Sequence record: PQ015378.1
Direction: 5' to 3' (one strand)
DNA length: 64,000 bases
Shown in pieces: positions 1 to 8,454 of the stretch (its first letter is position 1; each line of letters opens with the position of its first letter). Position numbers and translations under genes: made by a program. The notes below the pieces were generated by a model that did not search any database, was not told where the DNA came from, and saw only the letters and a list, made by a program, of their open reading frames with translations.

Positions 1-1672
1 CACGTTCTGTCGAGATCTTCAGCGATGCTTCGATCAGGCAGTACATGTGCATTTCGGTAACGCGGTGAACTTCACGCAGACCTTCATCGGACGAGTAGTC
101 CAGACCCAGTTCAGCCATGTGGGTAGCGAGACCCATGATACCAACACCTGCAGAACGGCGAGCTTGTGCAGTCATCTTCAGGTGAGGGAAGGCGTACTCG
201 GAGTGATCGATACAGTAATCGATCATCTTCAGGGCGTAGTACATGACCAGAGCGTAACGCGCTTGGGTCTTGATGTTGTTGATCACGCCAGCCGCCAGCG
301 AGCAGGTAGCAATCTCACCACGACCATGGTCTTCTTCCGAGTGTAGGTCCTGCATCGAATAGTACGGTGCAGTTGGCTGGACGATTTCCAGGCACAGGTT
401 CGACGAGTAGATCGGATCGAGGAACGGGGTGTGACGGTTGATCTCGGAGATGTTCGCCCAGTACGACGTACCAGTTTCGATACCTTCGTTCAGTGCGGTC
501 AGGACGATCTTACGTGCATCGACGTAGACCTTCTTGAACTTCGGATCTTTCTCGTAGCGCTGATAGATCTTGATGAAGTCACCGACGTCGCCTTTGTAGA
601 AGGCTTCGTGTAGATCTGGAGCAGTGAAGACGTTCCAGGTCATCATCGGCAGTCGGTGTGCAACCAGGTATGCCGTGAAGGTGTTGGTCATCATTGCGTA
701 GTGCAGGTCACGGTTCTTCTTGTCGTCAGTCGACTTCGGGTTACGCAGTCGAGCAATGACTTCTGCTTCTGGATCGTACGCGTTGTAGTACAGGGAGATT
801 GCACCGCCACGACCGTTCTGGGTGTTTGCACGGACAGCTTTACCCAGTGCTGCGATGTAAGGCAGTTTGCCCTGGTGCTTGATCAGTCCGTTGCGGACTT
901 GGTCGTGCAGCGAACGAGTAATCAGGTTGACGCCGATACCAGCAGCTTTCTGGGTCATGACGTTGGCGATGTAGTCGCCGATAGCCAGAGACACGCCGTT
1001 ATCGCCTTGAGCGAACAGGCAGCACGAAGCGAAGCCTTTCAGGACGGTACCCAGGTTAACGTAGTTCGGAGTTGGTGCAGACAGTTCACGCTGGGAGAAC
1101 ATCTCGTAGAAGTTACGGACGTGTTCCATGCGAGTCTCACGCGGCTCATGTTCGGACAGAGCCATCGCCATTCGCATGTAGGTGAACTGAGGTGTTTCGT
1201 ATTCTTTCTTGGTTACACGGTTCATCAGGGAATACTTCTGACGAATGTGGTGCAACGCGAAGTGTGGGGAGTCCATGTCCAGATCGTGATTGATCAGACG
1301 CTCCAGTTGGGCATACTCACGAGTGGAGTAGTCCAGTTTGACCATGACGCCATCTTTACGCATGCGGGCATGCAGAGCCTTGATAGAAGGCAGCCCTTCC
1401 AGACCGTAGATGTGTTTACGGACCTTGACTGAGTACAGTCGACCTGCTGCAACGTATGCAGACCAGGTTTCCATGTCCAGCAGTCGATCGATCAGAGCTT
1501 GTTGGAAGTCCTGTGAGTGTACGGTCTCTGGCATCGAAGCCACAGTGTCCATTACTACAGAAGCCCAGTCGATGTTGTAAAGGTTCTTCGAGAACCATTC
1601 GCCCCAGCCATTCACTTTAGCAGCGCTGAAAGGTTCGGAAGTTCCGTCCATTTTGATGATGGTCTTGATCAT
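1..1672 (-). CDS. nrdA: Ribonucleotide reductase class Ia alpha subunit (5' part; runs off the window edge)
   Basis: Hand translation of the minus strand from ATG 1672 gives MIKTIIKMDG..., SAPTPNYVNLGT, FASCCLF, GRGGA, SSNLCLEI and RRSAGVGIMGLA, all class Ia RNR motifs. It is absent from the ORF track because it has no stop inside the window. Confidence 0.95.
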   Translation of the reverse strand, partial: MIKTIIKMDGTSEPFSAAKVNGWGEWFSKNLYNIDWASVVMDTVASMPETVHSQDFQQALIDRLLDMETWSAYVAAGRLYSVKVRKHIYGLEGLPSIKALHARMRKDGVMVKLDYSTREYAQLERLINHDLDMDSPHFALHHIRQKYSLMNRVTKKEYETPQFTYMRMAMALSEHEPRETRMEHVRNFYEMFSQRELSAPTPNYVNLGTVLKGFASCCLFAQGDNGVSLAIGDYIANVMTQKAAGIGVNLITRSLHDQVRNGLIKHQGKLPYIAALGKAVRANTQNGRGGAISLYYNAYDPEAEVIARLRNPKSTDDKKNRDLHYAMMTNTFTAYLVAHRLPMMTWNVFTAPDLHEAFYKGDVGDFIKIYQRYEKDPKFKKVYVDARKIVLTALNEGIETGTSYWANISEINRHTPFLDPIYSSNLCLEIVQPTAPYYSMQDLHSEEDHGRGEIATCSLAAGVINNIKTQARYALVMYYALKMIDYCIDHSEYAFPHLKMTAQARRSAGVGIMGLATHMAELGLDYSSDEGLREVHRVTEMHMYCLIEASLKISTER

Positions 1673-1720
1673 TTGTTACTACCATGTCTGTCGGTGTGAG
1701 GGTTGGGAGATCAGAGATCT

Positions 1721-1749
1721 AAACATACTCTTAGGGTGATGAGTATTTC
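1721..1749 (-). promoter_or_regulatory. Candidate middle promoter for nrdA (GAAATACT-N14-TATGTTT)
   Basis: Same TACT-N14-TATG geometry as at 1776, 24122, 33788 and 50981. Confidence 0.5.
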
Positions 1750-1775
1750 CCAATTTGTACTTCAAAGGGAAGTTT

Positions 1776-1800
1776 TACTCCCCGGTCGCATAGTATGTGA
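1776..1800 (+). promoter_or_regulatory. Candidate middle promoter (TACT-N14-TATGTGA)
   Basis: Divergent partner of the nrdA motif. Confidence 0.45.
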
Positions 1801-1950
1801 GTAAGCCACTAAGAGCAAAGGAGGAAGGCTTTTATTTCGCTTTATAACATCATTAGAGGCTTCTAATGATAGACCTAGGTAAACCCCTAGCCTTCTTCCT
1901 TATTGCTTTATAAACCCCTCCCAGGGGTTTAAATACTCATTGTCTTTTTC
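1794..1950 (+). ncRNA. Putative structured ncRNA or 5' leader
   Basis: Nested complementary segments found by eye (1815-1828/1891-1906; hairpins 1849-1870, 1875-1890, 1911-1931; 1798-1803/1934-1939), followed by a T-rich tract. Confidence 0.4.
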
Positions 1951-1971
1951 ATATACACAACAGGAGGTCGC

Positions 1972-2370
1972 ATGGCCATTTACATACCCAAACCAGAACC
2001 CATTGAAGTTTACCAATGGCACAAGAACGGAGATGCTCCAGGTGATGGAGTTATCAACGGAATCAATAGCGGTGCAGTCGTAGCACGTCATCCGACACAC
2101 GGACACTTCACAGGTGCCCAGGAATGTCCCCATTGTTCGAAACCCATCGGGCAACATGGTGTGATCAAGAAACTGTTCAGTAAGTCCTCTGATAACACAA
2201 TCGTGAAGTCTGTAGCGGAACTCAATCGCATCATGTGTCCAGGTAACTGGCTACGTGTACATCGTGATGAGAAGAAGCGAATACTCGGCTACTCTATTGT
2301 TCGAGACAGAGATCTGCGTGAACGCTATGTAGACCTCTCCACAGTCCCTCAACCCGAGACCAAGAAATGA
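1972..2370 (+). CDS. Hypothetical protein with CxxC...H...C putative Zn site
   Basis: RBS CAGGAGG; IEVYQWHKNGD, CPHC, HG and CPGNW motifs. Confidence 0.8.
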   Translation: MAIYIPKPEPIEVYQWHKNGDAPGDGVINGINSGAVVARHPTHGHFTGAQECPHCSKPIGQHGVIKKLFSKSSDNTIVKSVAELNRIMCPGNWLRVHRDEKKRILGYSIVRDRDLRERYVDLSTVPQPETKK

Positions 2371-3107
2371 ACCCAGTTTACAACATCTTCAATGACATCG
2401 CCGGTAGCATGCTGCGTACCGAAGGCGGTGAAGACTTCATCTCGAACTCCCTCAAGATCCAGGGGGCGGGTAATACCCACGAACTCTCAATCAACCAACT
2501 CCAACTATTCCTCGGCGTGGTAGCGGGCACTCACCCGTTCCTGTCCGACTACAACCCACTGGAATTCCTGATCTTCTCGTATCAGTTCCAGGACAAGATC
2601 AAGAAGGACTGGTTGGCTGTCCAGTACCAGATCATCTACGACTTCGAAGACGACAGTATCTTCATCTCGGGTATCTGCAAACATCCATCGACCGTAGAAG
2701 GCCATTCGGAATATATCCCTGGCGCGTTCATCCCAGCGGAACAATTCCAGGAACACATTCCTGATGTCGGACTGTATGGTTCTCTGGCATTGGTGAACTG
2801 CATCGCTGCACAGAACGAACAGTTCGCTCCGATCCGTGGATCGTTTGGTGGTAGCTTCATCTATGAGTTCAAGAATGGCTCGCAGTCCATTCGTAAGTAC
2901 GAACCCACTCCATTGGAGAAACTGGGTATCGAAGAAGATGAACTCAACTCGGCTATCGAAGAAGCCAAGAAATCCATTTCCCTGGACATGGGGACCATGA
3001 ACCTCAACGGCCTGATGGATGCCAAGATGCAGGCAGGTCTGTTGGATCCAGGTACTGCAATGTCCGGTGTTTACGAAACATTCTCTCCGCCAGCTTCTGG
3101 CGTATAG
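2367..3107 (+). CDS. Candidate chimallin-interacting protein ChmB (gp2 position)
   Basis: Second gene after nrdA, size about 240 aa; resembles my recollection of 201phi2-1 gp2 (INQLQLFLGVVAG, GSFI, LEKLG, SGVY). Not verified by alignment. Confidence 0.5.
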   Translation: MNPVYNIFNDIAGSMLRTEGGEDFISNSLKIQGAGNTHELSINQLQLFLGVVAGTHPFLSDYNPLEFLIFSYQFQDKIKKDWLAVQYQIIYDFEDDSIFISGICKHPSTVEGHSEYIPGAFIPAEQFQEHIPDVGLYGSLALVNCIAAQNEQFAPIRGSFGGSFIYEFKNGSQSIRKYEPTPLEKLGIEEDELNSAIEEAKKSISLDMGTMNLNGLMDAKMQAGLLDPGTAMSGVYETFSPPASGV

Positions 3108-3115
3108 GAACTGTC

Positions 3116-3598
3116 ATGAAACTCATTCTCGTCGCAGCATTTGCTGGTGAAGGTATTATCGGTCTGGATGGTGGGATGCCTTGGCATTGTACCACCGACC
3201 TGCAACACTTCCGTCGGTTGACCACAGGTGATCGTTACGCTTGCCTGATGGGTCGCAAAACGTGGGAGTCACTGCCTGACAAGAAACTGCCCGGTCGCAC
3301 GTGCATTGTCCTGACCTCGGGTGAAATCGAAGACGATCGTTGCATCACCGCGGATACGTTCGAACGCGCCAAGCGTTACGCACAGAAGCATGGGATCACC
3401 AAGCTGTTCATCATCGGTGGAGCTACGTTGTTCAACGAGTATTACAACCACTGCGATGAGATGTACCTGACACATATTCACGAGGAAGTTCGTGAAGGTG
3501 ATACGTTCTTCCGACCTGACATCAAACCAGTCAAGTGGCGACTGCTGAATCAGTGGACGCATTCGGACTGTACGATCAACCGTTGGGTGAAGCGCTAA
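3116..3598 (+). CDS. dfr: Dihydrofolate reductase
   Basis: IG..GGMPWH...DLQHFRRLT, MGRKTWESLP, LPGR, IIGGATLF and GDTFF motifs. Confidence 0.97.
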   Translation: MKLILVAAFAGEGIIGLDGGMPWHCTTDLQHFRRLTTGDRYACLMGRKTWESLPDKKLPGRTCIVLTSGEIEDDRCITADTFERAKRYAQKHGITKLFIIGGATLFNEYYNHCDEMYLTHIHEEVREGDTFFRPDIKPVKWRLLNQWTHSDCTINRWVKR

Positions 3599-3629
3599 CA
3601 TACGGGTTCCCTTCGGGAACCTTTATGCC
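3599..3629 (+). terminator. UUCG hairpin with CATA/TATGCC flanks
   Basis: cata-cgggttccc-TTCG-ggaacc-tttatgcc directly after the dfr stop. Confidence 0.75.
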
Positions 3630-3651
3630 ATATTGAAAAGATTCTGGAACC

Positions 3652-3659
3652 TATATTAC
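3652..3659 (+). promoter_or_regulatory. phiKZ-type early promoter core TATATTAC (ACC class)
   Basis: Exact TATATTAC in an intergenic gap after a terminator. Confidence 0.8.
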
Positions 3660-3693
3660 AATCATGAATCTAATCTACCGAAAGGAATGTAAC

Positions 3694-4431
3694 ATGGTTA
3701 ACGAAGTAGAGATCAAAGAGCACCTGCAAGCCCATGCCACTATCTTCCAGATGAGCCTCAGTGATTTCATCGTCACTGCCGGTGCTGCTCTGGTACTACA
3801 TGGCCTGCGTGAAGAAACCAATGACATCGACGTGGACATCCACCTTCGTGACTACAGCCTGATCAAAGGGAACTTCCCAATGCATCGCCTGAGTCCTTGC
3901 TTATTCGGTGAGACTATGTCGATCGGTACGTTGCTTGACATACACATGTACGAAGCTCGCCCTTCGACGGTTGTCATCGATGGGATGGTGGTGCTGTCGG
4001 TAGATGCCCTGCTGGATCAGTACACTCGGATGTACGATCACCCCGCACGCCAGAAAGACAAGCGCGAAGCAGATGCAATCGCGATCGGGAAACTACGTGA
4101 GATCATCGACCGCCGTGAGCGTGCCAAACCCCTGACCAAAGAAACGTTCAATGATGCAGCGAATGAAGTTGCAGCGACACTGTGGCAATTCAGTCGTATT
4201 CGTAACTTCATGAAAGGGCGTGCCGTGGGTTCGCATCAAGCCTTCCATGGTCCTAATGGCCACCTCTGGTTTGTCATGGTCACCGAAGGATTGAACCGCA
4301 TGCGGATGATTGACTTCTATGAATCCGAGCACCGTTCGAGCCGTGGCCATGAAGCACACGCACAGCTGAACGATCCATTGCTGTTCAAGCATGGCAACAA
4401 CCAACATCGCTTCACTTGCTACATCGATTAA
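3694..4431 (+). CDS. Pol-beta-superfamily nucleotidyltransferase domain protein
   Basis: FIVTAGAALVLHGLREETNDIDVD (hG[GS/A]...DxD signature); start moved to ATG 3694 after AAGGA. Confidence 0.7.
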   Translation: MVNEVEIKEHLQAHATIFQMSLSDFIVTAGAALVLHGLREETNDIDVDIHLRDYSLIKGNFPMHRLSPCLFGETMSIGTLLDIHMYEARPSTVVIDGMVVLSVDALLDQYTRMYDHPARQKDKREADAIAIGKLREIIDRRERAKPLTKETFNDAANEVAATLWQFSRIRNFMKGRAVGSHQAFHGPNGHLWFVMVTEGLNRMRMIDFYESEHRSSRGHEAHAQLNDPLLFKHGNNQHRFTCYID

Positions 4432-4432
4432 C

Positions 4433-4481
4433 GGCATACTGGCTACCCTTCGGGGTAGCCATTGCTCTTATTTTTTTTTTT
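4433..4481. terminator. Bidirectional UUCG terminator between convergent genes
   Basis: ggctaccc-TTCG-gggtagcc at 4441-4460, T-run at about 4470-4481; TATGCCGT follows the hairpin on the minus strand. Confidence 0.85.
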
Positions 4482-4483
4482 CG

Positions 4484-6640
4484 TCACATCGTGATGGTTG
4501 GGTTGTAACGGTTGGTACGAACCTTCCGTGCCCGCTCATCCTTCACCTGACGAATCATGGCATCGATACCGATACCGGCAGATTCGTCCAGGTTGATGTG
4601 CCGCGACAGTGCGCGCAGTTTCAATTCGATCTTCGCAGACACCATCGGGTTCTTCTCACCTTTCAATTCGCCCAGCAGATTGTCGAACTCCTGTTTGGCC
4701 TTGGACTCTTTCTCGTTCCGATAGACTTCAACTTTGGTCAACTCGCGGTCATGTAGAACCGCCTTGGAGAAAATCGAGTTGGAGTTGATGCCGTAGTACG
4801 AAAGGTTCTGGCCTTGGATACACATCCAGTGTGCCACGAGGAAGGAGATTACCAGGTCATCGTGGTTACCGCGGTTGTGGTCAATACGACCATTGCGGAT
4901 AGTCAGGGCCATCAGTTCGTTGATCAGCATGTTACAGCGAATACGACGTGCACCGTATTCCATTGCCGATGGGAGCGACACCACATACAGGGCATCACGA
5001 GAGTAACGACCCGAACCACCGGTAGCGAAACCGAAGTGACGCTTGAACCGATCGTAGAACGTAGGAGCACGTGAACTCACTGGGGTCTGAATATCACGGA
5101 ACTCGGATTCCATTACAGTAGCATCGTCAACAATGCGGTTGAAGATACGTTTGAATGGATCGATGCCCGCACGGTGGAGTGCAATTACCACGTAGTCGAT
5201 AATCGCCATACCCATTGACTTACGTTCTGGAATGAAGGTGATATTCGGGAAGCGGATCAACAGGTCAGCAAAGAATGCAGACAGTTGTGGAATCTGAGTA
5301 CCGTTGTAACGACCCGTTGCGATAACATCATGGGTCTCTACGTCGATGATTACCATACCCGTACTGTCAGACTTCTCGCCTAAAAGTTCCGAGGGGTCCA
5401 TGCCCATGATGAATCGACCATTGGCCATTCGGGTTTCAACTTCACTCTCCGGGATGAACCAGCGGATAGCGTACAGGTCAGTCGATTTGACTTCGTTGAA
5501 CGAAGGCTCACGCTCCGAATCCTTAACGCGTTTCTTGTACTCGTCGGAGATTGGGGAACCCTCACCACCGACAGTCCAGATGTTGAAGTAATCTCGGTCA
5601 GCTACTTCACCGCGCTGGTTGGTTTCCCGCAGTGTACGGAAAAGCCATTCGTCAGTACGACCGAGCTGACGGTGGTTGAACGCACCGTAGATCATCGGCT
5701 TGTCAGCGGACGTGTTTTCGATAACCGCTTTCAGAACATCGTTGTTCGGCAGATCGAAGTAAGTCTCGGTCCATGGGGCACCGCCAGTCAAGAACTCGTG
5801 AGCGAATGCCCCGTCTCGTGTGGTGATGTTGCCAGCAGTTGTTGTGAACACGTTGCCATATGGCTGACCAGCAGCTGCAGCTTCGTCTCGTGCAGCGGAA
5901 CCAGAAGCTAGAGCAACCGGAAGCGATGCTTCGATCCAGAGAATGTACGCCAATTCGTCGAAGTGCATGATAGGTACGGTCAGACCTCGACCGAGTTTAT
6001 CCGCGGCGAGTTTGTCAGAGCGACCCACCGAGGACTTGTACTTGTTACCCAAACGGATACAGGTCATCAAGTCTTGGTTGTCTGCGTCGAGCGGATCCTT
6101 TTCGTGGATGTACTTCGGCAGCAAGTCCATCATGATCTTCAGACGTTCGATGTTGGCGTTCTTCAGTTTCGAGTCTTTCGTAATCAGGTTGATTACGGTG
6201 TTCTCTCCCCAGATGTACATCATACCTGTCATCAGTACGTCCGTCGATACAGACTTACCAGTCTGACGTGGCTGTAGCAAACCAAAGTCGACGTGGTTGA
6301 AGAAGGACCAGAACAGAGCGATGTTACCACGGTTAGCACGGAAGGCTACTGGGTTGTTACCGGAGGTCGGAGGAATCCGGGCAATCTCTCGGAAGTAATA
6401 CCAGGGGTTATACTTAGCCTCCAACATGATCTTCATCTTGGTGGCATCATCGAGGTCAGGATCAAATGGATCCACCCCGGAGAGTTCTGGTTGGAATAGT
6501 GCCAAACAGAAGTCAGAGTTCTTGATTCCCATTTTCTTGTAGAGTGCTACAAGCTTCAGAAAAGATTCGTTTTTGGTCTTAGTGTCGGCGATTGCGGAAG
6601 GGAATTTCTTCCAGTCATCGAGGAACAAAATTACGTTCAT
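4484..6640 (-). CDS. terL: Terminase large subunit (phiKZ gp25-like)
   Basis: NPWYYFRE, Walker A PRQTGKS, Walker B MHFDE, VFTTTAG, nuclease GMDPS and HDDLVIS. Confidence 0.95.
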   Translation of the reverse strand: MNVILFLDDWKKFPSAIADTKTKNESFLKLVALYKKMGIKNSDFCLALFQPELSGVDPFDPDLDDATKMKIMLEAKYNPWYYFREIARIPPTSGNNPVAFRANRGNIALFWSFFNHVDFGLLQPRQTGKSVSTDVLMTGMMYIWGENTVINLITKDSKLKNANIERLKIMMDLLPKYIHEKDPLDADNQDLMTCIRLGNKYKSSVGRSDKLAADKLGRGLTVPIMHFDELAYILWIEASLPVALASGSAARDEAAAAGQPYGNVFTTTAGNITTRDGAFAHEFLTGGAPWTETYFDLPNNDVLKAVIENTSADKPMIYGAFNHRQLGRTDEWLFRTLRETNQRGEVADRDYFNIWTVGGEGSPISDEYKKRVKDSEREPSFNEVKSTDLYAIRWFIPESEVETRMANGRFIMGMDPSELLGEKSDSTGMVIIDVETHDVIATGRYNGTQIPQLSAFFADLLIRFPNITFIPERKSMGMAIIDYVVIALHRAGIDPFKRIFNRIVDDATVMESEFRDIQTPVSSRAPTFYDRFKRHFGFATGGSGRYSRDALYVVSLPSAMEYGARRIRCNMLINELMALTIRNGRIDHNRGNHDDLVISFLVAHWMCIQGQNLSYYGINSNSIFSKAVLHDRELTKVEVYRNEKESKAKQEFDNLLGELKGEKNPMVSAKIELKLRALSRHINLDESAGIGIDAMIRQVKDERARKVRTNRYNPTITM

Positions 6641-6730
6641 TTATACACACCTTGTGTTAGTAGGGCTGGAACGATATAAAAGATTTTCGACCACGCCCCA
6701 GCACGAAGCGAATATTAGTCATAAAATTAC

Positions 6731-6764
6731 GGCATAAACGGCCACCATTAGGTAGCCGAGTATG
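6731..6764 (-). terminator. Hairpin with CATA/TTTATGCC flanks
   Basis: Minus strand catac-tcggctacc-taat-ggtggccg-tttatgcc after the stop at 6767. Confidence 0.65.
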
Positions 6765-6766
6765 TT

Positions 6767-8452
6767 TTAAATCAACTGCTTAAGAGGCAGTGCAGTCATT
6801 GCCAACTGCAGATCCGTACCCACGGTTCGACGAATCCATTGGATGTAAACGAGCTCGCCATCATTGGTCAAGTCGTTGTTCACCTTCAGTACATCGCCCC
6901 ATTGAGAGACAGCGTATTCGTACTTGTTGTGGAGGAAGTGCACTACGAAGTGTGTAGGGATTGGTGGGACTACTTCCTGCTCTGGGTTGATCAGAGGCTC
7001 AGCATTGTAGTACATCTTCTGCAGCCAGGTCTCTTGGGTTTGTGCCCCGTTGGCCAGTCGCAGGTTCCATTGGTTGGTTTCGATGTATTCCACGTTTGCC
7101 TTGAGATCACGGCCGTACGAGACTTCTTGGTCTGGACGGAACTTGATCTCCCAGTTCGCCTCACCGTTGGAACCAGCTGTGAGCAGAGCGATCTGCACAG
7201 TAGCTACAAAGCGAACAGGTTTAAATACCCCGTCTACTTCGTTCAGGTTCACAGCGTAAGTCAGATCCTGGATGTACCCGTAACCCTTCGGATCGAATGG
7301 CTTCGAAGTCATACCGAGTTCGACCTGTGGCGTGATGTTCCAGTACCGTTCCCGGTCTTGGTTGTACAGCCAGAATTCGAGACGGTAGCCCGCAGCTTCG
7401 TTCACCCATACCGGATAAACGAACAGGCGACATTCGTAAGCACCTTCTGCCGGAGTGGTCCGAGCGATGTAGTTGACGGTGATCTTACGATCAGTGGTTG
7501 GGTTGAGGCCATAGGAGACCTCGTCCGGAGCCAGCTGATATGTTTGAGTGATCTTGAACTCTTGGCCCACTTCGGTGGCGATGTAGTTTCGCAGACCGAG
7601 CAGTTCCATTGGACCGCCTGTAGGCGACATGCGATTCTTCTTACCGTCACGGTAATGCACCAGACCAGTCATCGGTAGTGTTTCCACAGCGACGTTCAGT
7701 GGGAATTCGATTACCTTCGGATCAGCAGAGCTGAGCCATGCGGTGTCGAGAGAGATTCCCTTAACATAGCGCTTCGACGTATCCGGTTGACGGATCGCTT
7801 GCGAGTTCACAACTACCAGCTGTGCAATAGACAGCTGCTTACCGTTAGCCGAGTAGGCTACCAGCGTAACGCGTTCACCGTCAGGCAGTGCGGTCGACGT
7901 ATAACCCGCCATTGGAACAGTCACACCGTGCTCGTACTGAGTGCCAGGCAACATACCTGGCAAGATGGCTTGTTCGACAGGGATCATCGGACCGATGTAA
8001 CTACCCGACGGATCGTAGAACTCAGAGATGACTTTCCCATATTGTTCCGAGATGTCACTACCTTTGAAGATCTTGTAACCCTGGACTTCAGTACCATAGA
8101 AATGGCAACGGAGATCTGGGGAGAAGGTGTGAGGTGTCACCGTCTGGTCAAGGAAGATCCGGAACGATTCAGACGTATAGCCCGGACCGGTTGCAATTAG
8201 GACGTTTTCTGGACCGTCCGGATCAGGGCTCTGTGGTTCTGTCCAGCGTTCCAGGATTGACATCCCGGTAGTCTGGTCGACTTCGATGACCCGGAAGAGA
8301 CCTTGGTCCCAATCCCGCACGGCGTCATCTTTGTTCGGGATGTATTTGTTGGCTTCGCCAGGGTAGCTGACGATCTGAGATCGCAGCCACTCCCGGTAAC
8401 CACGATCTGGGTCGAGAAACGCAGACCGCTCGAATGGGACAAATGCAGGCAT
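6767..8452 (-). CDS. Virion structural protein (phiKZ gp26-like)
   Basis: 561 aa; synteny between terL and the sheath operon. Confidence 0.75.
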   Translation of the reverse strand: MPAFVPFERSAFLDPDRGYREWLRSQIVSYPGEANKYIPNKDDAVRDWDQGLFRVIEVDQTTGMSILERWTEPQSPDPDGPENVLIATGPGYTSESFRIFLDQTVTPHTFSPDLRCHFYGTEVQGYKIFKGSDISEQYGKVISEFYDPSGSYIGPMIPVEQAILPGMLPGTQYEHGVTVPMAGYTSTALPDGERVTLVAYSANGKQLSIAQLVVVNSQAIRQPDTSKRYVKGISLDTAWLSSADPKVIEFPLNVAVETLPMTGLVHYRDGKKNRMSPTGGPMELLGLRNYIATEVGQEFKITQTYQLAPDEVSYGLNPTTDRKITVNYIARTTPAEGAYECRLFVYPVWVNEAAGYRLEFWLYNQDRERYWNITPQVELGMTSKPFDPKGYGYIQDLTYAVNLNEVDGVFKPVRFVATVQIALLTAGSNGEANWEIKFRPDQEVSYGRDLKANVEYIETNQWNLRLANGAQTQETWLQKMYYNAEPLINPEQEVVPPIPTHFVVHFLHNKYEYAVSQWGDVLKVNNDLTNDGELVYIQWIRRTVGTDLQLAMTALPLKQLI

Positions 8453-8454
8453 CG

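Noticed and set aside
47-1699. Plus-strand track ORFs at the left edge
   Set aside because: Antisense shadows of nrdA, which the track missed because it leaves the window.
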